A stretch of DNA of 32,770 nucleotides from Clostridiaceae bacterium (GTDB taxonomy: Bacteria; Bacillota; Clostridia; Oscillospirales; Acutalibacteraceae), in the NCBI GenBank assembly GCA_016292705.1, contig JAEDHZ010000001.1:1-32770 (forward strand). The letters are read 5' to 3'. The position numbers and the translations under genes were made by a program. The first letter of the stretch is position 1. Each line of letters opens with the position of its first letter. This document shows, in pieces, positions 19,583 through 25,626 of this stretch. The notes under the pieces were generated by a model, which made no database searches, was not told where the DNA came from, and was given only the letters and a program-made list of their open reading frames with translations.

Positions 19583-19705
19583 TTATGCAGCTTCTGAGGT
19601 GTCGGTTTCGTCTTTCTTTGTCAATGACTTAAAGAAATCAAAGATATAGCCAAGGATTTTTGAAACGAACTCAAAGATTTCGCTGAGCTTTGCTGATATT
19701 TCCAT
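19583..19705 (-). CDS. Unannotated 40-aa amphipathic peptide MEISAKLSEIFEFVSKILGYIFDFFKSLTKKDETDTSEAA
   Basis: Hand translation of the reverse strand. AAGGAGGAA lies 7 nt before the ATG, with its own promoter (19743-19771) and terminator. It falls below the track's length cutoff. Confidence 0.6.
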   Translation of the reverse strand: MEISAKLSEIFEFVSKILGYIFDFFKSLTKKDETDTSEAA

Positions 19706-19742
19706 TGAAAATTCCTCCTTTCCCATTGTTTAAATCAAGAAC

Positions 19743-19771
19743 ATTTTAGCATTTTTAGCGTATTCTGTCAA
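19743..19771 (-). promoter_or_regulatory. Near-consensus sigma-A promoter of the 40-codon gene
   Basis: Reverse strand reads TTGACA (19771-19766), 17 nt, then TGcTAAAAT (-10 at 19748-19743). Confidence 0.6.
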
Positions 19772-19803
19772 TTGGCTGATAATTTTTTATTTCTCTGCCA
19801 CAG

Positions 19804-19837
19804 TGCGACATCTTTCTTTTGAATAAACATTTATAAT
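19804..19837 (+). promoter_or_regulatory. Candidate spoIIE promoter with over-long spacer and a Spo0A-box-like -35 region
   Basis: TGCGACA (19804-19810, 6/7 match to the reverse 0A box TTCGACA), a 21-nt spacer, then TATAAT (19832-19837), 36 nt before the spoIIE ATG. Confidence 0.4.
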
Positions 19838-19873
19838 GGCACAAAAACCACCTTTTTTGAAAGGACGAGCCTT

Positions 19874-22204
19874 ATGAAAACCGAAGAAAAAACCGCACCG
19901 GAAATTAAAAACATTTCTGCGCTTGTGATGGACGAGGAAAAACAGCTTGCTCCCTGGGCAAGACAGCTTTGCATCGCCGCTGTTGCCTTTTTGCTTTCTC
20001 AGCTCAATGCGCTGAGCACACTTTCGCCGTTTTGCACTGCATTTTTGTCCGGCGTTCCCTTTTCCGGAACTGTTGCGGCACTCATCGGCGGTGTTTGCGG
20101 ATACTTTGTTGCCTTTCCGTGGCAGACTGCTCTGCGATGCAGCGCAGCTTTGCTTTTGTGTGCCGCCTGCCGCACCGTGCTTGAAAAAAAGCTGCCGGCG
20201 ATAAGGGGTATCCTTTCCTGCCCCATTGTTGCCTTCCTTTCCTGCTTTGTGGCGTCAGCTGCGGCGGCATTTTTTGCAGACACTCTGCTTTTGCCGTTGC
20301 TTTTTGCCTTTTGCGAGGGTTCGGTTGCTTTGTGCTCTTCCTTCCTCTTCATCCGTTGCGAAAAAGCGAAGGTTTTCCATTGCTCCGCCGCAAGTCTTAG
20401 TGTTCAGGACATTGCCGGCGCAGGGCTTTGCTTATGTGTTCTTTTGCTTTGCGCTTCCGGTCTTTCTCTCGGTCCCGTTGTTCCGGCAAGAACAGCGGCG
20501 GTTTTACTGATTCTTTTTGCCTCACATTATAAAGGTGCGGCGGTCTCCTGTCTTTTCGGCGTTTGCGCAGCGGCATCACTTTCTGTTTCTGCTGAATCAA
20601 GGTTTTTGTTCCCCGTGCTCACAGTTGCTTCCCTTGTTTGCGGAATTTTTGCTCCGCTTGGTCAATACGCAGTTTCGCTTTCCTTTGCGCTTGCCGCTGC
20701 GGTAATGTCATTTTTCGGTGGATTTTCCCAACAGGTTTTTTGGAGCTTGCTTGAAATCGGAGCAGGATGTGCTCTTTTTGCCGCTGTTCCGTCCAAAAAG
20801 CTTTTTGCCGTTCATACTGAGCTTGAAAAGAATCTGCTTCTGTCCGACGATCAGCTCAACCGCAGCGTTTGCGCCTCGCTTCAGCGTGCTGCGCAAACCG
20901 TCAGCGAAGTTTCCGATATTGTGACAAAGGTCAGCGCAAGGCTTGACAATGTGATAAACCCGGAAATCAACCGTATCTTTGCAAAGCTTCAACAGAACAT
21001 CTGCTTCGGCTGTTCATTCAAAAACGAATGTTGGAGCGAAAATTTCAACGAAACCGCCGCCGACATCCTTTCCATCAGCGGAATCAGAGATCCGGACAGA
21101 AAACAAACAAGCCTTGAAAAGCACTGTCCGAGGGCAAACGCCCTTGTTTCCCAGGTGAATTCCTGCTACGGCGATTTTGTCACCGGAATGGCATCAAAAA
21201 TGAAAGTCCGTGAAATGCGATCGCTTGTCAGCGATCAGTTTTCCTCAATAGCCGAGTTCCTTTCCGAATTTGCAAAGCAGGTCTGTGCAAACCGTGTTGC
21301 GGATAACACCCGTTCCCGTTCGCTGCGGACAGCCCTTGCGGATGCCGATATCCATGTTGACTGCGTGAACTATTTCACAAATTCAGGAGGAAGAATAAGC
21401 ATTGAGGTCAATGTTCTTGAAAATGTTTTTGACCTCAATCTTCAAAAAATGAAAACCATTTTTGAGCTGACGACCGGGCGTGTTTTTGAAAAGCCGGAGA
21501 TTGCCGTGCTTGAGCTGCGTTCAGTGATAACCTTTGAGGAAAAAGCGGTTTTCCGTGTTGTTACCGGTTCATGCCAGATACCGTTCAAGGATAACAGCAT
21601 CTGCGGCGACTGCATTGCCGCCCTTCGGGATATGAACGGAAATGAGATTGCCCTGATAAGCGACGGAATGGGAACAGGCTCAAGGGCAGCCGTTGACTCA
21701 ACACTGACGGCAACGCTGATGGAAAAGCTGCTTTCCTGTTCATTCTCTTTTGAAAGTGCGCTGAAAACGGTGAACTGTGCGCTGATGGTCAAGTCGACCG
21801 ACGAATCAATCGCAACCGTTGACGGAATAAGCGTCAATGTGTATACCGGTGAAACAGAGTTTTATAAAGCCGGTGCGGCGGTTTCCTTTATACGGCGGGG
21901 AAAGGAAATTACCGCCGTTGAGGAGCAGTCACTGCCGGTAGGAATTATCCGTGATGTTTGCTTTGCACGCAAAAAAACCACTCTTGAGTCTGAGGATATT
22001 GTTCTCCTCCTTTCCGACGGAGCAACCTGCGGCGACTGCGGTTGGATCAACGATGAACTTCTCGCATGGAGCACAAACAACATGGACGACCTTGCCTCCC
22101 ACATTGCCTCACTCGCCCGTCTGCGCAGCACAAGGGAGACTGCGGACGATATCACCGTTGTTGCGCTCAAGGTTCTGAACAGTCCGGCAGCAAAGGTGAG
22201 CTGA
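19874..22204 (+). CDS. spoIIE: Stage II sporulation protein E (membrane PP2C phosphatase)
   Basis: About 10 N-terminal TM helices, a central linker, and a C-terminal PP2C domain (ALISDGMGTGSRAA, LLLSDG, DDITVVAL). 776 aa. Confidence 0.92.
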   Translation: MKTEEKTAPEIKNISALVMDEEKQLAPWARQLCIAAVAFLLSQLNALSTLSPFCTAFLSGVPFSGTVAALIGGVCGYFVAFPWQTALRCSAALLLCAACRTVLEKKLPAIRGILSCPIVAFLSCFVASAAAAFFADTLLLPLLFAFCEGSVALCSSFLFIRCEKAKVFHCSAASLSVQDIAGAGLCLCVLLLCASGLSLGPVVPARTAAVLLILFASHYKGAAVSCLFGVCAAASLSVSAESRFLFPVLTVASLVCGIFAPLGQYAVSLSFALAAAVMSFFGGFSQQVFWSLLEIGAGCALFAAVPSKKLFAVHTELEKNLLLSDDQLNRSVCASLQRAAQTVSEVSDIVTKVSARLDNVINPEINRIFAKLQQNICFGCSFKNECWSENFNETAADILSISGIRDPDRKQTSLEKHCPRANALVSQVNSCYGDFVTGMASKMKVREMRSLVSDQFSSIAEFLSEFAKQVCANRVADNTRSRSLRTALADADIHVDCVNYFTNSGGRISIEVNVLENVFDLNLQKMKTIFELTTGRVFEKPEIAVLELRSVITFEEKAVFRVVTGSCQIPFKDNSICGDCIAALRDMNGNEIALISDGMGTGSRAAVDSTLTATLMEKLLSCSFSFESALKTVNCALMVKSTDESIATVDGISVNVYTGETEFYKAGAAVSFIRRGKEITAVEEQSLPVGIIRDVCFARKKTTLESEDIVLLLSDGATCGDCGWINDELLAWSTNNMDDLASHIASLARLRSTRETADDITVVALKVLNSPAAKVS

Positions 22205-22223
22205 AAATCAAACATAAACAAGA

Positions 22224-22279
22224 AAAGCTATAATTTGCACAACGGCAAAAAGCTCACCGTTTCTGCAAATTATAGCTTT
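22224..22279. terminator. Long nested hairpin between convergent spoIIE and glpQ
   Basis: AAAGCTATAATTTGCA (22224-22239) pairs perfectly with TGCAAATTATAGCTTT (22264-22279), giving 16 bp. The 24-nt loop contains an inner AACGG/CCGTT stem. There is no long U-tract beyond the AAA/TTT base. Confidence 0.55.
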
Positions 22280-22304
22280 AATGCTCCGAGCAAGACAGCC
22301 GGAT

Positions 22305-23024
22305 TTACCTGAGAATTTCAATCATTCTGTCCGGATAGTTGCCGATGAGTGCGTCAACACCCATTTCGGAAAGGCGCCTGATATCATCATATTCGTTGAC
22401 TGTCCAGGTGTTGATTTCACAGCCGGCAGAGTGCATTTCTCTGACCGTTTCCGGCGAAAGGAAGCAATGAATGGGGTGGCAGCACTGAACACGGTTTTCG
22501 GCGGTGTATTTTCCGTAGTTTATAAGCCAGCTTTCGGAAAGGAATCCGCGCTTGATTTCCGGTGCAATTTCCTCACAGCGCAGAACAGAGTAATGATTGA
22601 AGGAGGAAAGGATAATCTTTTTTTCAAGTCCGTATTCCCTGATCATGTCGATAACACGCTGTTCAATTGTCGGATACTCAAAAATTCCGGTTTTGAGCTC
22701 AATGTTCGTGATGATATCGGTATCCTTGACAAGCTCAAAATATTCACGCAGGGTGGGAATTGCATTGAAACCGTATACGCCCTTGAAACCTGCGGAGTAG
22801 TCAAAGCTGCGCAGTTCTTCAAGCGTCATGTCACGGACAAGTCCCTGACCGTTTGCCGTGCGCTTGATATCCTCGTCGTGGATAATTACAAGCTCGTTGT
22901 CCTTTGTGAGGTGGACATCAAGTTCAATACCGTCGCAGCCGATTTCAACAGCCTTTTGGAAAGCGAGCATTGTGTTTTCGGGATATTTGCCCGAAAAACC
23001 TCTGTGAGCAAAAATTTTTGACAT
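22305..23024 (-). CDS. glpQ: Glycerophosphodiester phosphodiesterase
   Basis: FAHRGFSGKYPENT and IELDVHLTKDNELVIIHD motifs of the GDPD family. 239 aa with no signal peptide, so it is the cytoplasmic UgpQ type. Confidence 0.9.
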   Translation of the reverse strand: MSKIFAHRGFSGKYPENTMLAFQKAVEIGCDGIELDVHLTKDNELVIIHDEDIKRTANGQGLVRDMTLEELRSFDYSAGFKGVYGFNAIPTLREYFELVKDTDIITNIELKTGIFEYPTIEQRVIDMIREYGLEKKIILSSFNHYSVLRCEEIAPEIKRGFLSESWLINYGKYTAENRVQCCHPIHCFLSPETVREMHSAGCEINTWTVNEYDDIRRLSEMGVDALIGNYPDRMIEILR

Positions 23025-23098
23025 AGATAATCACTTCTTTTGATTTTTTTCGGCAGAAAATGCCTTTTGTCCGGATAATGTCATTTCCGGCAACTGCC

Positions 23099-23127
23099 AT
23101 TATACACAAAAAGCTTATTATTTTCAA
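23099..23127 (-). promoter_or_regulatory. Sigma-A promoter of glpQ
   Basis: Reverse strand reads TTGAAA (23127-23122), 17 nt, then TATAAT (23104-23099). Confidence 0.55.
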
Positions 23128-23150
23128 GGGAACATCTGAATAATCAGAAA

Positions 23151-23192
23151 TCACAAAGAAAAAAGTCTGCCGCCAAAAAGCTGCAGACTTTT
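23151..23192 (-). terminator. Intrinsic terminator after the small secreted-protein gene
   Basis: A 10-bp stem, AAAAGTCTGC/GCAGACTTTT, with a 12-nt loop. On the reverse strand it is followed by TTCTTTG. Confidence 0.7.
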
Positions 23193-23205
23193 GCTTGAGA
23201 ATTGA

Positions 23206-23493
23206 TTAAAAATAACGGTTGTTCGGAACAGGGGGAATTTCCGGAGCGGGCTTTCCGAGGAAAACATCATAGAATATGTATTTCAGAAAATCACCGATCG
23301 ACTTCCAGAAACGGACGAACAAGTCAAAGAAAGTGGTTGTTGAGTATTCCTCTTCTTCAATTTCCTCAACAACGGTTGTGCCCTCAGCAACGGTGGCATC
23401 CTCAGCAAAAACAGCAAACACACCGGCAAAAACCGAAAGCGAAAGGGCGAAAACAAGAACAAAAGCAATGAGTTTTTTGAGTGTTTTATTCAT
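23206..23493 (-). CDS. Small secreted protein (95 aa): signal peptide, acidic stretch, aromatic amphipathic helix, Pro-rich tail
   Basis: AAGGAGGA precedes ATGATG. The start at 23493 gives MNKTLKKLIAFVLVFALSLSVFAGVFAVFA, followed by EDATVAEG.... Has its own promoter and terminator. The track's longer N-terminus (start 23556) has no RBS. Confidence 0.7.
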   Translation of the reverse strand: MNKTLKKLIAFVLVFALSLSVFAGVFAVFAEDATVAEGTTVVEEIEEEEYSTTTFFDLFVRFWKSIGDFLKYIFYDVFLGKPAPEIPPVPNNRYF

Positions 23494-23527
23494 CATAATC
23501 CTCCTTACAGAATAGGCTACCGTATTC

Positions 23528-23556
23528 ATTATAACCGCAAAGGCAAAGCAAGTCAA
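23528..23556 (-). promoter_or_regulatory. Near-consensus sigma-A promoter of the small secreted-protein gene
   Basis: Reverse strand reads TTGACT (23556-23551), 17 nt, then TATAAT (23533-23528). Confidence 0.6.
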
Positions 23557-23596
23557 GATTATTTGTTACTTTTCACATCGGAAAGTTAAACTTTGT

Positions 23597-24493
23597 TCAA
23601 AGCTTATAGTTAATAAGCACGCTTTCCGTCTTTTTGCCGAACCATTCCTTGCCGTTGACCGTTTTGCAACAGCCGATTTTGTAGTAAGCCGATTTTTCGC
23701 CGCTCTTTCCTTTGTCCGAAAGGAAAAGAGTTGTGCCGTCCTTTGTGCGCGCAACCTCTTTGTATTCACCGTCTTTGGCGTTGCTTTTATAAAGAATGTA
23801 GCACGAAACACCTGATGTCAGGCGATATTCAAATGATACCTTTTTGAAAAGGCTGCGCTTAACACGGAGAATCTCCGTGCTGTCAACGCAAACAAAACAT
23901 TCCTCTTTTCCGGTGTTGCTGTATATGCGATTATCCGGAACTCCGGGGGTTGCGATTTTGTCCGGGGTAAAGCTTTGAACATTATAATAGTACACCTGAC
24001 CCGAAGCGGCGGTGTTGTCAATGAAGGAAAGCTCCCCGGCTTTCGTCTCTCCTCGCCGGACAGCTTCATTCATTTCCTCAAGTCGGCGGTTGATAACATA
24101 GCCCGTTGCATTTTCATCGTTTTCCCATGTGATGCAGACCTTTCCGAACGATGGGCTTTCAATTTTTGTGATATTAACTGCCGGAACGGAGGAAATATTG
24201 ACCGCACGGGCAGAGCCTTTTTTTGAGAGAGGGCGAAGCTTGCCCTCAATCGCCTTGAGAGCATTGATTCGATATAGGTAAACGCCGTCCCTGACTTCCT
24301 TTGCGCAGGTGAAAGAGGTTACTCCGGCGTCGACTGAGCCGATTTTCACATACTTGTCCTTTTCACGGTCATAGCGTTCAATATTATAGCCGGTGGCATC
24401 CTTTACCTCTTTCCACGAAAGTTCAACCGTTCTTTCGTCGGTGACATCGGCAAAAACAATTTCGGGTTTGGTTTTCATATCATCTTTAGCCAT
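23597..24493 (-). CDS. Protein of three Fn3-like repeats, no signal peptide
   Basis: Three modules of about 90 aa with W/Y-rich beta patterns: LSWKEVKDATGYNIERY...YLYRINAL, ITWENDENATGYVINRR...YYYNVQSF and FEYRLTSGVSCYILYKS...YYKIGCC. The start lies 21 nt after the nagB stop, and the N-terminus MAKDDMKTKPE is not hydrophobic. Confidence 0.7.
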   Translation of the reverse strand: MAKDDMKTKPEIVFADVTDERTVELSWKEVKDATGYNIERYDREKDKYVKIGSVDAGVTSFTCAKEVRDGVYLYRINALKAIEGKLRPLSKKGSARAVNISSVPAVNITKIESPSFGKVCITWENDENATGYVINRRLEEMNEAVRRGETKAGELSFIDNTAASGQVYYYNVQSFTPDKIATPGVPDNRIYSNTGKEECFVCVDSTEILRVKRSLFKKVSFEYRLTSGVSCYILYKSNAKDGEYKEVARTKDGTTLFLSDKGKSGEKSAYYKIGCCKTVNGKEWFGKKTESVLINYKL

Positions 24494-24514
24494 TCTGATT
24501 TCCTCTTGCCATAA

Positions 24515-25237
24515 TCATAAAAGCTTTGCGCTTTCCTTGTCGAGATAAACAATAACATCGTTGTGGTTCTGAAGAACGGATGCCGGGCAGGACGGAGAAA
24601 CTTCTCCCTTTATCATTTTGAAAACAGCATCCGCTTTTCCCTCGCCCGTTGCAATGAGAACAATCCTTCTTGCCCTCATGATATCGCCGATTCCCATTGT
24701 CAGCGCATATTCGGGCATTTTCTTGTTCACAAAATACTTGCTGTTCGAGCTGATGGTGCTGCTGGTGAGCCTGACCTTGAAAGGTCCGTCGGAAAAGCTG
24801 TCCGCCGGTTCGTTGAATCCGATGTGTCCGTTTGTTCCGATTCCGAGAAGCTGAATGTCAATTCCGCCGGCTTGGGAAATCTTCTCCGAATATTCACGGC
24901 AGCTCTTTTCGCTTTTCGCTTCATCACCGGAAAGGAAGTTGACCTTTTCATAATCAATATCAACTTTTCCGAAGAGGTTTTCTTTCATGAACCAATAGTA
25001 GCTGTTTTCATCCTCATGGGTAAGACCGCAATATTCGTCAAGGTTGAAGGTTGTGACATTCTTGAAGCTGACCTCGCCTTTTTCAAAAGCTTCAATCATG
25101 CGTTTATAGGTTTCAACGGGCGAAGCACCGGTTGCAAAGCCGAGAACGGCATGCGGATTCTCCTTGACTTTATTGATGAGTATTGACGAAACTTCTTTTG
25201 AAATTTCAAAAGCGTTTTCCATTATTCTGACTTCCAT
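24515..25237 (-). CDS. nagB: Glucosamine-6-phosphate deaminase
   Basis: LGFATGASP, FNLDEY and GIGTNGHIGFNEP motifs. 240 aa. GGAG lies 5 nt before the ATG. Confidence 0.93.
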   Translation of the reverse strand: MEVRIMENAFEISKEVSSILINKVKENPHAVLGFATGASPVETYKRMIEAFEKGEVSFKNVTTFNLDEYCGLTHEDENSYYWFMKENLFGKVDIDYEKVNFLSGDEAKSEKSCREYSEKISQAGGIDIQLLGIGTNGHIGFNEPADSFSDGPFKVRLTSSTISSNSKYFVNKKMPEYALTMGIGDIMRARRIVLIATGEGKADAVFKMIKGEVSPSCPASVLQNHNDVIVYLDKESAKLL

Positions 25238-25262
25238 TACAGCTCCACTTCCTTTTTGTCAT

Positions 25263-25291
25263 ATCATACCATATACGGTCGGATTTTACAA
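25263..25291 (-). promoter_or_regulatory. Sigma-A promoter of nagB
   Basis: Reverse strand reads TTGTAA (25291-25286), 17 nt, then TGgTATGAT (-10 at 25268-25263), about 25 nt before the nagB ATG. Confidence 0.55.
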
Positions 25292-25303
25292 TTCTTCAGG
25301 ACA

Positions 25304-25328
25304 CAAAAAAAGGGGCAATTTCAGCCCC
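25304..25328 (-). terminator. Intrinsic terminator for a minus-strand transcript coming from upstream of nagB
   Basis: Reverse strand reads GGGGC-TGAAATT-GCCCC followed by TTTTTTT. It lies just upstream of the nagB promoter, so it insulates nagB from whatever is transcribed at 25.4-25.7 kb. Confidence 0.75.
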
Positions 25329-25398
25329 GCAACATTTTAATTATATTACAATTCAAAGACAGTAGTCAATAGAAAAAGCAAAAGATATCTTCCGAAAA

Positions 25399-25626
25399 TC
25401 AAAGTTTGTATATCTGCACATTTTGGGCGGCTTTCTTTCGTGAAAATTGCGAATTGAAAAGAAAACTGCCTTTTGATATATTATAGACAGAAAGGGTGAT
25501 ACCAATGTACAGGTAAAGACCTAAAATAAACAAGAAAGGAATGATACCGGTGTACAGGTAAAAAGTCCGGAAAAGCTTTTCGGTTTCAGTTTTCAGAATC
25601 CTGGTTTCAATGTTATTAACGGACAT
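25399..25626 (-). CDS. Doubtful 75-codon ORF encoding a hydrophobic peptide with an internal duplication
   Basis: The ORF is in the track. It has one TM-length segment, FYLYTGIIPFLFILGLYLYIGITLSVY, and a downstream terminator at 25304-25328. Against it, there is no SD before the ATG and a palindromic hairpin plus U-run lies inside the ORF. It may be a by-product of the tandem DNA repeat. Confidence 0.25.
   Translation of the reverse strand: MSVNNIETRILKTETEKLFRTFYLYTGIIPFLFILGLYLYIGITLSVYNISKGSFLFNSQFSRKKAAQNVQIYKL
25454..25482 (+). promoter_or_regulatory. Candidate plus-strand sigma-A promoter inside the non-coding region
   Basis: TTGAAA (25454-25459), 17 nt, then TGaTATATT (-10 at 25477-25482). 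The predicted transcription start, near 25489, coincides with the first repeat unit. Confidence 0.4.
25489..25565 (+). repeat. Tandem direct repeat, two units of about 30 nt
   Basis: Unit 1 is AGAAAGG-G-TGATACC-AA-TGTACAGGTAAA-G (25489-25518). Unit 2 is AGAAAGG-AA-TGATACC-GG-TGTACAGGTAAA-AAG (25533-25565). The 18-nt cores are exactly 45 nt apart. Confidence 0.85.
25489..25594 (+). ncRNA. Candidate sRNA of about 105 nt (two repeat modules plus a terminator-like hairpin), antisense to ORF 25399..25626
   Basis: Promoter at 25454-25482. Hairpin CCGGAAA-AGC-TTTTCGG (25567-25583) is followed by TTTCAGTTTTC. No class recognised, and the call is purely structural. Confidence 0.3.

Noticed and set aside
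22281-23021. A 246-aa plus-strand ORF spanning almost exactly the same interval as glpQ.
   Set aside because: It is a mirror ORF antisense to a gene with unambiguous GDPD motifs. It has no RBS, no recognisable motifs, and the odd composition typical of shadow frames. The same reasoning applies to 24563..25186(+) opposite nagB, and to 29742..30227(-), 31085..31582(-) and 32150..32662(-) opposite the glutamate-synthase-like genes.
25340-25375. A minus-strand TTGACT-18-TATAAT promoter-like sequence upstream of nagB.
   Set aside because: A transcript from it would run straight into the minus-strand terminator at 25328-25304. A better-placed nagB promoter exists at 25263-25291. This one is probably a chance match in AT-rich DNA.
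25463-25495. Possible dif (XerCD) site: ACTGCCTTTTGATATATTATAGACAGAA against Firmicute dif ACTTCCTAGAATATATATTATGTAAACT.
   Set aside because: Only the first 7 nt and the central TATATTAT agree. The XerD arm (TTATGTAAACT) is not matched. The sequence is better explained as the spacer and -10 of a promoter.
25557-25572. AAAGTCCGG resembling the RNase P RNA CR-I motif (GAGGAAAGUCCGGGC).
   Set aside because: It is an isolated 9-mer. The surrounding A-rich, poorly pairing sequence cannot form the P1-P4 or P10-12 architecture, and no other conserved RNase P blocks are present.
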